DNA from: Macrostomum hystrix
Taxonomy: Eukaryota > Animalia > Platyhelminthes
Assembly: GCA_950097015.1 (NCBI GenBank)
Contig: CATNEN010000038.1
Span: 33,790,001 to 33,854,000, forward strand
Length of the DNA: 64,000 nucleotides
Direction of reading: 5' to 3'
Shown: in pieces, positions 24,101 to 36,066 of the stretch
Layout: every line of letters begins with the position of its first letter
How positions within the stretch are numbered: position 1 is the first letter of the stretch
Translations under genes and position numbers: made by a program
Notes under the pieces: generated by a model
Database searches by the model: none
Told to the model about the DNA's origin: nothing
What the model saw: only the letters and a program-made list of their open reading frames with translations

Positions 24101-27100
24101 ACTAATATTATCAAAAGGCCAAAGTAGGCTTAATAGAAAAGAAGAAACATTTATATTATCAGCTATGCACCCAGGGGTAGGGGGTGGGGACAGCCACCCC
24201 CCTTTAGGCCACTGAAGATTTTTTATAAAGGGAAGCTTCAATGCAGGGAGGAGGAGGCCCCTAGAATGAAAGTTAATTCTATTGAATTTAACAAACTGCC
24301 CCCTTATAAAATTTCTGGGTATGCCATTGTTTACTATATATATAATTTTATTAATATAAGTTGCTTCATATTACTTTTCTCTTTTGTCCTCAAGGCTCAA
24401 AATATACAATTTGAATCTTTTTCCTTTTATCTTGCTATTGTATCTATTTTATTGATATTGATAAGATGTTTTATAGATAAGTATCCAACAAGGAAGTTTT
24501 TTATTCAAGCCAAAAAATCTAATTTTGTGACTTTTTTTATTTATATCATCTTATATCCATTAACATAACAAATCTCTTTTGGAACATTGTCCAACAAATA
24601 TAGTTTGATATACTTAAATTCTTCATTCCAGACCAATTCAAAACAAAAATGATAAATGATGACATCAATTGTCATCAGGGTCGACCACCTGACAGTGACC
24701 TATTCTCTGAACCAATTCTTAATACTAATCAAATGTTAGCCTTATTAAGTCAGAATAATGATGATTTGCAATATATCTCTTCTAATGAGCTGTCTGACAA
24801 GTCTGCAGCTGGTTTTGCTCCTCAGCAGACGACACTAATGGATTCCTTGAACCAGCAGACCTCTTCCAATGAGCTGTCTGACAAGTCTGCAGCTGGTTTT
24901 GCTCCTCAGCAGACGACACTAATGGATTCCTTGAACCAGCAGACCTCTTCCAATGAGCTGTCTGACAAGTCTGCAGCTGGTTTTGCTCCTCAGCAGACGA
25001 CACTAATTGATTCCTTGAACCAGCAGACCTCTTCCAATGAGCTGTCTGACAAGTCTGCAGCTGGTTTTGCTCCTCAGCAGACGACACTAATTGATTCCTT
25101 GAACCAGCAGACCTCTTCCAATGAGCTGTCTGACAAGTCTGCAGCTGGTTTTGCTCCTCAGCGGACGACAAAAAGTGATTTGAATGCTGGTCATGAAGAT
25201 ATGCTCCTTGTGGTCATAGGCAAAACGCCAGATTGCCTCTTCCAACCAAGTGATCCATCATTGTCTGGCACTCTCATTACTGAGAAAACTGCTTCTAGTT
25301 TGCCTCACAGTGGTGATGGATTGCTGCATCATGAAGCATCTTGTACGAGTAGTACAGGTAGGAGAGCTGCAAAACGTGGCTGTCATGTACTATACAATGA
25401 GGAAGTTGACTGCGATTTAGATTTAGAGGATGATGACATACTTGCATATGAAGTGCCAGAAAGGACTTTAGTATCCACGGAGAATCTTTTGCCACAAGTG
25501 GAAAAAGTACAGTTTGTCCGTAGAGGTGTTGATTATGTCTGCTTTGTTGACGAGTCCCATCTAATCAAAGAATCTCGCATAGCTGAACATTTTCGAGGGC
25601 AACATCCAGCAGAGATGCAAAACTATGCATCCATTCAGGAAATTAAGGACCATTTGGTAAAATTCAACAAGGAAAAGTTTGGCGACATCCAAAATAAACC
25701 TGGTCGCCGTTGTACCACTGCCAATGAGTCAAAAGGTAAAAGAAGAGGTAAAGACTACATGTGCCACTTTGATGCTAGTCATGTGATTAAGAAATCTCGA
25801 TTTGCGGAGCATTTTCGGTACTTTCACCGCAACGAATTCAACTCGACGCCTATCAAAACTTTAATTGAAATGTCAAAGGCAGAAACTTTTAAGTCTGTAG
25901 ACATGGAGAACAAACTCGACCATGTGTGTCCTAAATGCAGTTTGCCAGTTTCTAGCTCCCTTCTAAGCCATTTGATTAACTGGCACAAATGTTCTATAGG
26001 AGAGGCAACAGCCACAATATTACATTTGAAGACGCAGAAAGTGCAGTCAATTGTTCGAGAGTCGTGGAATCGAGCCGACAAAGTAAGCCAATCAGATGCT
26101 ATAGATGCGGATGTATCAGCTCAAGTTAATGAAATTGAAACAGACGATGCCGATGATGAGATTATTGAACCATCATTGAACCACTTCGAATGTCATCTGC
26201 AGACTTATGGTGGAACAAAACTGGCTCTCTCTACTGCCCAACAAAGCCGTCGCGCGGTGGCTAGGATGATGGACGAACTTGGAGTATCGTCGCCTATCGA
26301 AATCATAGACGAAAAGCACCGCTCTACTATCACGGAATTTCTTACAAACAAGAGCGCAAACTTTTCTGATGGAACCAAAATCTATGTCGAAGGGCTGAAG
26401 CGGTTTGCAACCTATCTTAAAAGTTGCTTCAATTCTGTCATTGTAAAAAGAAAGAAGGGAGCTGAGCTAGACTCCTTTCTATTTGCTTGCAAACTCTATG
26501 GTCGATCCCGTCTGCAAGACAAAAAAGTTGCTGAAACGAAGCGCCGACACAAGCTTGACAAAAATTGTCTTACTAATGACGAAGTCAAAATTGTCGACAA
26601 AATAATCGATGAATTTTCTAAGGTAGCTAAACAGAAGCCAATTGATTCAGTCGAGAATGTTTTGTTTCTTGGCTTGAACTTCGTGTTTGGATTGGGAAAT
26701 TTCCACCGAGCAGATTCGGTATCAAATGCTAAGATTTCAGAGTTTTTGGCTTGGAAATCTGAAGTTTCAGTGGATCCAACAGCAATGTTTGAAGTTGAAA
26801 TGCACAAGACCGGCAAAAAGGGTTGTGTTATGGTTTCAGTCGAACATATTCGCAGAGCTTCTTTCATATGGCAACCACCGAGTTTCAGAAGGTGCCAAAG
26901 ACAGTGACTTCCTCTTTAATTTTAAGTTGCAGATAGCAAACCATTCCTTTTCCACATTTATGCGAAGATGCAAGTCTCAATTTCCAATTTTGAACGATTT
27001 CAATCGCGTAAATGTTCGCACATTTAGACACTTCTTTGCGACAAAGGGAAAAGAGCTTCTAAATGTAGAGGAGCAAGAGCTGCTGCACAAGAGGATGCAT

Positions 27101-30100
27101 CACAGCAGAGAAGTAGCTGAGCAAAGCTACATGGCAACAACTGTGTCATTGGCAAGAAAAGCCAAATCTGTAGCTCTTCAGCTGTTTGACGAAGTAGCTG
27201 CTCCAGCCTCACAATCCACTAGCAATGCGGAAAATGACATTGAGACTGTTGAGACTGAGCACTCAGACATTCAAGCTACCGAAGTGACTAGTCAAAGTGC
27301 ACAAAAAGCATCTGCATCTTCACCTTGCTCGAAGAAAAGAAGATATGGTACAGTTGCAAGCAAAAAGTCGAGTGTCGAGGCCAGCCTGAAAAAGGCAAAA
27401 AGTTCTACGCAGGCAACAACTGTGTCATTGGCAAGAAAAGCCAAATCTGTAGCTCTTCAGCTTTTTGACGAAGTAGCTGCTCCAGCCTCACAATCCACTA
27501 GCAATGCGGAAAATGACATTGAGACTGTTGAGACTGAGCACTCAGACATTCAAGCTACCGAAGTGACTAGTCAAAGTGCACAAAAAGCATCTGCATCTTC
27601 ACCTTGCTCGAAAAAAAGAAGATATGGTACTTCTGCAGTTGCAAGCAAAAAGTCGAGTGTCAACGAGGCCAGCCTGAAAAAGGCAAAAAGTTCTATGCAG
27701 CAGCACGAGAAGACACCTGCAACATCAAGTCAGCCACAGATCCAGTCTACAGGTTGTCAAGAGCCTGGTGACATTGTGTTCGCTAAATATCCTGGATATA
27801 CCTGGTGGCCTGCCATGGTTTGCAATGATGCTAAAACAAACCTCCACATATCGACTAAAACTTCACTGAAGACACGACGTGAGCGAATATTTGTCCAATT
27901 CTTTGAAAAGCCGCCAAAGAGCGCATGGATTAGTAGTACAAATATCGAGCCATTCAGTCTGGAGAAGGCCGGACAACTAGAAAGCACCAGCGATCGGGAT
28001 CTAGCTGATGGTATAAAGACAGCCTGTGACGCCGCAGGATTTGACCGACTGGATCGACTAAACCGATACCTGGTAAAGCCTAGCTGACAATGTCAAACTT
28101 TGTGGATTTGTGAATGGCGTCTAACATTATCTAATAACTGTCAAACATGTCTAACGTGCTTCCTAGAGTTTGGATTAGCTGTTGTGAAAAAAACGTGACG
28201 TAGTGCTTTATAAGGCGGGCTCAAAAATGACTGTTGCGAATTTGAGAAAAAGTGACGTAGTGCTTTTTAAAGCGGGCTCAAAAATGACTGCTGCGAATTT
28301 AAGAAAAAGTGACGTAGTGCTTTTTAAATCGGGCCTCAAAAATGACTGCTGCGAATTTGAGAAAAAGTGACGTAGTGCTTTTTAGATGGGTTCTCAAGAA
28401 TGCCGTAGTGCTTTTTAAGGCTATGTTTAGGGCTATGGCTATTTTCTCTAGAAGTTCAGAGTGGAGCATCATAGACTCTGTTAGACATTGATTGCTGCAA
28501 CTTTCTAAAACTGGGTCAGTTTGCAAGTGCCAATCCGGTCTGCTCAATTGATCATTTTTGCTAATGACGCGTATGATGCTTTAACTTTTGTCGTCCATTG
28601 CATTGTGCGAGAGAAGCAGTGATTGAGTTTCCTTTTTAAGTCTTATCGTGCTAAAATGCCGTTTTCTATCACCTACATTTTTTCATTTGCGTCCCTTCCA
28701 AAGTTCCACGTGGTTGAATTTTCTGTGTCCCACTTCCACCTGCAAAAAAATATATTGCACTGTTCGGGGGGGTAAAAAATGACTGTTGCGAATTTACGAA
28801 AAAGTGACGTAGTGCTTTTTAAATTGGGCCTCAAAAATGACTGTTGCGAATTTAATAAGGCGGGCTCAAAAATGACTGTTGCGAATTTGAAAAAAAGTGA
28901 CGTAGTGCTTTATAAGGCGGGCTCAAAAATGACTGTTGCGAATTTGCGAAAAAGTGACGTAGTGCTTTTTAAAGCGGGCTCAAAAATGACTGCTGCAAAT
29001 TTAAGAAAAAGTGACGTAGTGCTTTTTAAATCGGGCCTCAAAAATGACTGCTGCGAATTTAAGAAAAAGTGACGTAGTGCTTTTTAAATCGGGCCTCAAA
29101 AATGACTGCACTGCGAATTTAAGAAAAAGTGACGTAGTGCTTTTTAGATGGGTTCTCAAGAATGCCGTAGTGCTTTTTAAGGCTATGTTTAGGGCTATGG
29201 CTATTTTCTCTAGAAGTTCAGAGTGGAGCATCATAGACTCTGTTAGACATTGATTGCTGCAACTTTCTAAAACTGGGTCAGTTTGCAAGTGCCAATCTGG
29301 TCTGCTCAATTGATCATTTTTGCTAATGACGCGTATGATGCTTTAACTTTTGTTGTCCATTGCATTGTGCGAGAGAAGCAGTGATCGAGTTTCCTTTTTA
29401 AGTCTTATCGTGCTAAAATGCCTTTTTCAATCACCTACATTTTTTCATTTGCATCCATATGGATCAATTTGGTACATTTCCACCTACAACAAATATATTG
29501 TACTTTTGTGCTCGCGGGTTTCAAAACTAGCTGTTGATAAAATTACGTGAGTGCTATTTAAATGGTTCCGAAAATGACTGCATTCATTTTTATTCCTAAT
29601 GCTGGATGGCTGGCTTGGCTTAGTGGATGGCTTAGAACTTGGTAAAAAAGCATTGAGACGTGAACAGTTGAAGATTTTTTATTCCTAAGATTCATCTTCC
29701 TAATGAACAAAATTCTGCCATTTGCAAAAGCTAATATTACACTGGTAACATTGCAGCAATCACCATTTATTTTTTATTTTGTGGTGAGTGTTGCAATTTG
29801 CAAACTATAAACTGTATGATAAAATTTGTCTAAATAATGACTTCAGAGGACAAATATGACGGCTAATGATCATTTCAGCTGCGTCACACCTTTAAATTTT
29901 GCGTCACAGCCCAAACTTTGCCGATTCTCATAGGAAAACAGTGCGTCACACTATCCGTCACTTTTTTCACGCTGCGTCATGTCATTTTTGCGTAATCCGT
30001 CATCACTGAACCCCCAAGGACTGAACTTTGACAAATGACTCCCAGATTCTCAATCAAATCGGCACTGAGTTCGTGACTTATAAAACAGGTTTAGCATAGC

Positions 30101-33100
30101 TAGAAAAAATAGCGCAGCACATTTATTTAGGATAAAAGCGTAAAAACGTGTTCATACATCGGACGCTGGAAGTTGGAACCTTCCCCCCCCGTCATTCAGC
30201 TTAGCATGCGGCGTGCATTGGTGGTTGACCTCCCGCGTATGGCGTGCAAGGGCAAAAACAGTTCTCGCGTGCACGGAGCATACTCGGGACTATGGGGCTT
30301 AGCCAGCCCATTCATTACCATAGTTTGAACCATATAGACAAATCCTTAAACTGCATTCAACTTTGCCAAAACTGCAATCAAGTTTTCCTGAAACAAAATA
30401 ATTGAAGAACAAATCATCTAAAACTAACACGGAATGAGATGACACAGCACAATGAATTTGAAGAGTTTTAAAAGTTCATTGATTATACATTTGAGTATGA
30501 TTAACCTACTTAATGCATTTCTGTTGGGTGATGAGACTCATTTAGACATCTACCTCACACTTGAGCATTGACAAACAATGCTGATGCGATTTGGCCCAGC
30601 ATTGTCAGTTGAAGTACCACATGTTGTATATGAATATTTTATAACGGTAAATACTTAAAATTAAGCATTGATTGCAGATAACCCGTGTTAATATGCGTGT
30701 GAAATTCTCAGGTGCTTCGGCCTCCTCACGAAAGCATTGTTGGCACTGTAGCTGATGGCCAATATCAAATTCGGACAAAATGTCTGTCATGTGGGATGCT
30801 GCATATTTTCTCAATTTAGCCGTCACAGACGTCCGTGATGGACCTGAGGGAGAAGCGCTGCGCCGTTTCATTAAACGTGCAAATCACTTCGGGAGTCTTT
30901 TCAGCCGGGGTCGCGGGCACGCAGCACTGCAAGCAGCGTCAGATGGCTCAGCTCGGGCAATGTCTCATTTCGCTTCCCAGCGATTTACGAGCTCTGCAGT
31001 CAAGTGAGTACTTACGACTATTTTTTATCAGTACTTTTATGTATGCTCATTAGATGTCACAACATTTTAGAAATTTGCTTATGAAGCACCGCAATGAAGC
31101 TGAGTATGTATCCATGTCTTTTGTATTTCTCAGGCAGTGGACTGCTATCGAACAGTGTTTCTCCGCACTGCACACAGCATTTCGCGAGGAGAACCCTTGC
31201 TGTTTGGACGATGAGGAGCTGCAGTACGCCATGTTTGGTAGCGACTTTGTTTTCGATCTCCTGTGCCTGCAGGACCTCATGGCCCCCTTGGTCTCCCTCA
31301 TGGATATTGCTCAGGACCTCCAGCTGCCGCACTGGAAGGTATCTGTTCTGGCAGGCAAGGTTGCAAAGCACCTGGCAGATCGCGCTGATGTTTTCCGTGT
31401 TGAAGATTACCCACCGCTGCAGGTAGTATTTCCATGAATCTAAACTACCATTGAGTTTTTCTCAATTCTCAATATTGAAATAGGATTACATACAGCAATG
31501 CGTGCTATATTTCAGGGAATGTACATTACCCGCACTAAATTATTTTTCCTTCATGTTACTCTGCTTAAGGCCTGCTACAATTCTATCCAGCCTGGAGGCA
31601 TATTCAAATCTGTCAAGCTACTTGGTGGCTGGCTTGTTCAGCCAAACATGCCCGCGGCAAGCTCCCGAAGCAACCTACGAGCTGGCAAACCCAGCAGCAA
31701 AGTCAACTGGCATCTTCGAGAAGCCCAGGATATGGAGCAGGTAGAGATGATCAAGTTGCAAAGAGTTGTATATTTAGGAGTTTAAACAGCCTTTAGCAAA
31801 TGTCTAGATCATGATACACTTACTCGAAAAAAAGACATTAATTAATCACATATGTCTCACACTAACAGGACTTGGTCCAGCTGGCTTCAGCCCTTCACCA
31901 CTCATTCCTTGCATGACTGGCGAAGTGCTGCAAAAACGGATGCATCCATTGTGATGGACGCTGCTCTGGCCGTGAGCCTCCTGACTGCCGAGGACGACGA
32001 TGAAGCAGTCGAGAAAGCCACCCAAACACCAGAGGTGAAACAGCTAGTGCAGCTGGCCACCAAGCATCAGCAATTGGCACCACATTTTAAGCAGTCGTTG
32101 TCGCGCAAATATTTGCAGTCTTTTGTATCAACCATCCATGAGGCAGTTCTAACTGGTGAAGGCCACGAAGACTGGTTTGAACCTGCCATTCAGGGCCGCA
32201 TCATTAAGGTCGCCAAAGTAGTTCCTGTTAAATCAGGTGACTTGGTACTGCTGCTGCAGTTGACATTGGAGTCCGGCGAATCGGTCAGTGCTAAACTGAA
32301 TGAGCAGGCAGTCTACCCATCCTCCTACAGCGATCCCAACGTGCTTCCGGACCTGCTGCTGCTAGTTCGTCCAGTCATAAAACTGTGGCTGAAAGACGCT
32401 ATCAAGAAGAGCAATGTAGGTCGAAAGAATTGGAAGCTGCTTTTCTTGGTGATGAACAGTCTTGCCATGGTGCATGGTCAACAGCTGGCAATCTAGAAGC
32501 ATCCTCGATGTCATTAACACCGCAGCGACATGGACGTCTTAATCTTGGCTTTAGAACAATCAACGAAAATACGGAAGATCATTCCAGGATAAAAAATCGG
32601 GCTTCTGAAGGCCGATCCGATTGGTAGTGCTGCTTCTGGAAGTTCTGGTCCATCAACAACTCAGCTTTTGCTGCTCGAGCTTCGACTACAAATGAACCTT
32701 CAGTGTCAGGCTTTAAAGAAGCTGGAGGACCAGAATTCATTACTTAAAGAATTCCTAACACCACCTGATGATCAAGTCCTCGAGGACCAGGTCACCGGGA
32801 ATGTTTGAATCTTCGATTCCGCTATGTGTCATGGTCAGCAGTTCGCTACTCTTTGAACCAGATGTTAGACAACAAAAACAAGAAGCAGTGGACCGACAAG
32901 GATCACGATGATGAACAGAATTTGTAAGTTTATTTTTATTACTTTAAAACTGTATCGTTTGGTAAAATCACTTCATTTGCAAAATACAGTAGTGGCTTGA
33001 TATATGCGCATGTTAGACTGTATGAGCGGGTTTTAGAAGGATTTTTCCCTCTCACAGTAATGACTCTGATCAGTCTGTTTTCAAGTCGCATTAGATTTAG

Positions 33101-36066
33101 CTAATAAAATGTTCTTTTTTGGTAAACCCACTACCCATATTGCTGCTATTCCTTCTATTAACATTCTTTACGCATGCGTTGTATATCACAATATCCTCAA
33201 AGACCCCAACATTTTGCTTTTTTCTGTCAACAATTGTGTTCCAGAGTATGGCTAGTTTTGTATGTTGCATTTGCCATCAAGCTGAAAGTTATTAGATGAT
33301 AATTGACTGTTTACTTTTTCTTTGTTTGCTTCAACATACTCAGTTCCCATTTGGAAAAAATACATGTTTTGTTGCGTGTTATTGAATATTAGTTGAATTG
33401 CACTGAATAATTCATTGAATTAACTGAGTTTTTTACTTTGAACACCTTCTCTCTGTTGACCTAGTTTTTTGTAGATAATTAACGAGTGTGAAAAGCATGG
33501 GGCAGAAATTGCATTACACTACTAGTAGTACAAATAAAAAAACACAAAAATTTTAACAATTGCAATTTACGTACAACATTTTTGTAAAAAAATGTAATTA
33601 AATTGGAAGAATTGCTAAAATTGCAAGAAAGTTGCTATTCAAATTGCAAATATTCTATAGTCCGGATCATGCTGGGCTTACGCTGGAGGTAAAATCTAGC
33701 TTTTTTGGGACTTACGCCAGCACAGTTACTCCCATTTTTTGTCTCCTAAAAATTATGCCAACAGAAAAAAGCCCCACATGGCTAAAATGAGCAATAGAAA
33801 TATAACGCAAAAGTAATTACAAGTAAAAAAGAAAACGAGTCAAGTTAAATACAAGTTAGGAGCTGTGGGACGAGTTGCCAATGAAAGGGCATCATTGCAA
33901 CATCTTCATCTTGATCATTTGTGTCAGCACTGTCAGCGTTATTTTCTTTCTCATTGTCACTGTCACTAGGGTAAGGGTTGTGGTTGCCTGGATTGGCAGA
34001 CATGTTAACAGATTGTCAGATTCACAGATTGCAGGTATGGTAGCACAATTTGTATTTACAATAAATAAGAAATTCATTAATTCAAAATTATTTATTTGTG
34101 AGACAGAAAATACTTTCAGGCAGAATTTAATTTAATTTTTTTTCTTTGCTTCTAAAAAAATAACAGGTATACTTTATCCTCTGTTTTATGCTTAACAAAA
34201 ACTTTGTTATACTTTTAAAAATTTATGCAAAATTAATGTGTTTTGAAAATGAATAGTAAAATGACCAAAATGTACACTGTTTTGCTTCTATGCTTCTTAC
34301 AGCTTACAACCAACACTTAATCCAATTTTTTGTCAAAATCTATTTACTCCACAGTTACTCCTGTTTTTCTAGTACAAAAATTTATGCCAAACTACCCCCC
34401 AACTTTTGGTGTAGGCATTTGGCGTTTGATTATTTGTCCGGTTAGTGATTTTATCATTAATTTTAGATCTCATACCAAATGTCTGCATTAGAATGAAGGC
34501 ACCAAACTATGCATGTCGGAAGAGATCTTTCCTTTAAGCCAAATTGTTTATATCTAACTAATGTCTGTTTGATTTGTATTTTTATCCAACTAAAGAATAA
34601 CCTAAGTTCCTTTGAAGTGTGAAGTTGTAGCGACTCATTTGAATACTTCTACAAAGTCAACTGGGTCACCAGCAAAGGATGATACCCAGATCAACAGCGA
34701 GGACCACAATTTCAACTTCTTGATAGGCTTTCCTCTTGAGTGATTAACTATGTTATAAGGGGTTGTAGCGCTACCATGAGAACCTCTATCATTTGTAAGA
34801 TAAAATAATTAACTGGACAAATAACAACTACCTTTGGCATAAGGCAGTTTTACACCGGAGAAATCCGGCGTAACCGACATGATCCAGAGTATGGCAAATA
34901 TTGTAATTTGCGTGCAATATATTCACAATTAAATTGAAATAACTGCGCAAGATTGCTTCATTTAATTACAATTTCAAAGCAATTCTCTATAATTTTTGTT
35001 CTCAAGTGATTACTGCTACTCTAAAGCTAACTGATTTGTTACAACATATTTTAGGTCTATTTAAGTGAAGAATACATTTAAGCTAGAGCTTACCAGCAAA
35101 AAAAAAATAAAAATGTCAAAATTTATTATAGCAATAGTGAATAAGGTAATGTATCATCAACCGAACAGTGTATCTTCAAAACCGAACAAGAATTTTGACT
35201 TCTTCCTTGGTCTCGTGCAAGACAGAAACAAGCTATTGTGTTTCACAGAACAACTAATTTGAAAGTTAAAGAAATTATCTACAAGCTGAGGCATGATGTG
35301 CAATTAAGCATTAAGAGGAATTTGGGAAAGAAAGATATTGATGTTTCAATAGAAATTTTTATTGCAAAAGCATACTTTTTAACAACATTTTTTCAGTATG
35401 TACTTTAGACAAAGATTGTATGTGGTTGCTTGCCAATTAAATGACCATATATGTAGTTATTTATAGAGCATGAAAAATGCTTTCAAATGACATAATTCAT
35501 GATAGTTCACTCCTTAAAATAAGATTAAACCACTCACTCAAATTGTAAAACCAAACATCAAATTCTCTGTTTGGCTTGAAGATACATGAAAATCATTGCT
35601 CGGTTTTAGATAAAAAGCAGGAATAACTTTTTTTCTATTTGACAAAATAGCAAAAGCATATACTTTTTAGAAATATGTAATAACTGTTTTCTATAACTTG
35701 GCTTTTGATTTATCATCATATCTTAAATAGAAAATCTGCAGCTTAGGTTTGAAGTTAAAAAAATACACATTCTTGTTTGGTTGATGATACATTACCCTAG
35801 CTTGCATAAAAACAACAACTTTAAGTATCTTTTAAATCTGAAAGTCAAGACACCAGCAGCAGTGATAAAATGCAGCTAGCAAATAAGTTTTTATAAATTA
35901 TACAAAGCCAGAACAAGTTTAATGACAAAATTAAAAAAATAAGTAAAAGCTATACATAACATATAATTCCCAATATACACAAACAATAAAAAACACTTCG
36001 TGTAAGTTAATAATTATTACCTGTAATTATTCCAAATTTAATATTAAATGTTGCATGCGAAGCCAT
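15175..36066 (-). CDS. GPHN: Gephyrin (MogA G-domain + MoeA E-domain). Exons 36066-36021, 18524-18452, 18359-18290, 18193-18101, 17983-17713, 17550-17105, 16999-16667, 16264-16140, 16077-15990, 15904-15831, 15662-15494, 15426-15175
   Basis: Spliced product MASHATFNIKFGIITVSDT...TTGGTGFTPRDVTPEAT...NLPGS...PPFRASIKDGYA...VASTGNEL...TTGGVSMGERD...MKPGKPT...GLPGNPVS...LDARPEYHR...TGNQLSSRLLS. All junctions are GT-AG and phase-consistent. Confidence 0.93.
19856..21777 (+). pseudogene. hAT-like transposase remnant: N-terminal exon 19856-20135 plus C-terminal exons 20446-20650, 20711-21301, 21442-21777; catalytic core deleted
   Basis: Spliced GGS|EAVVESFYSTM resembles the hAT C-terminal E motif. 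FRVEDYP, GWLV, MDAA.AV.LL and LNE.AVY.S.YSDP are shared with 30712-32340. Confidence 0.6.
22527..22925. mobile_element. Foldback/MITE with ~150-bp inverted arms
   Basis: 22527-22688 is the reverse complement of 22785-22925 (AACCAAAGAGTATTGAGGTCGCC... / ...GGCGACCTCAATACTCTTTGGTT). No clean TSD. Confidence 0.75.
24649..28087 (+). CDS. Zinc-finger + tyrosine recombinase (Crypton-like) + PWWP protein; one apparent 1-bp frameshift at ~26835; may have upstream exons
   Basis: C/H finger-like motifs (YVC..SH..EHFRGQH; YMC..SH..EHFRYFH; CPKC..SHLINWH). YR catalytic order R (NFHRADS), K (HKT), RTFRH, H (MHHS), Y (AEQSY). PWWP motif PGDIVFAKYPGYTWWPAMV...VQFF...AWI. Confidence 0.8.
24778..25170 (+). 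repeat. 84-bp coding tandem repeat, ~4.7 copies (SSNELSDKSAAGFAPQQTTLMDSLNQQT)
   Basis: Period 84 read directly. Confidence 0.95.
27133..27697 (+). repeat. 279-bp in-frame tandem duplication in the YR-PWWP linker
   Basis: GGCAACAACTGTGTCATTGG at 27133 and 27412. Confidence 0.95.
28190..29455. repeat. 57-bp palindromic-unit arrays (~28190-28410 and ~28775-29180) inside a larger tandem duplication (28385-28690 matches 29146-29452)
   Basis: Unit TCAAAAATGACTGYTGCGAATTTRAGAAAAAGTGACGTAGTGCTTTTTAAAKCGGGC. Confidence 0.9.
30712..32340 (+). pseudogene. hAT-like transposase pseudogene (exons ~30712-31003, 31133-31422, 31570-31740, 31870-32340), paralogous to 20446-21777
   Basis: VADGQYQ (second catalytic D-like), WDAAYFLNLA (CxxH-position motif), HFASQRF. 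Frameshifts present; C-terminal motifs shared with the upstream remnant. Confidence 0.6.
33658..34890. mobile_element. Degenerate TIR element remnant
   Basis: TAGTCCGGATCATGCTGGGCTTACGC vs reverse complement TACTCTGGATCATGTCGGTTACGC; no clear TSD. Confidence 0.35.
35144..35797. mobile_element. ~650-bp MITE, TA TSD, copy 1
   Basis: TIR (G)GGTAATGTATCATCAACC / GGTTGATGATACATTACCC; near-identical copy at 53211-53862. Confidence 0.85.

Larger units (their letters stand above)
19428..30296 (+). mobile_element. 10.9-kb TIR DNA transposon, hAT-like, carrying a tyrosine recombinase gene
   Basis: TIR CCCATACTCCCGAAGATGCT vs reverse complement CCCATAGTCCCGAGTATGCT. Direct repeat GCTTAG at 19422-19427 and 30297-30302, extendable to GCTTAGCC. 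GCGTGCA subterminal motifs at both ends. Confidence 0.8.

Noticed and set aside
19489-30008. Inner hAT element with CAGTGATG termini
   Set aside because: The 8-bp flanks do not match (GTCTTGGG vs AACCCCCA); treated as subterminal similarity only.
32340-32925. Separate gene after the second hAT remnant
   Set aside because: Coding-like but broken by stops and frameshifts; family not identifiable, likely another TE fragment.
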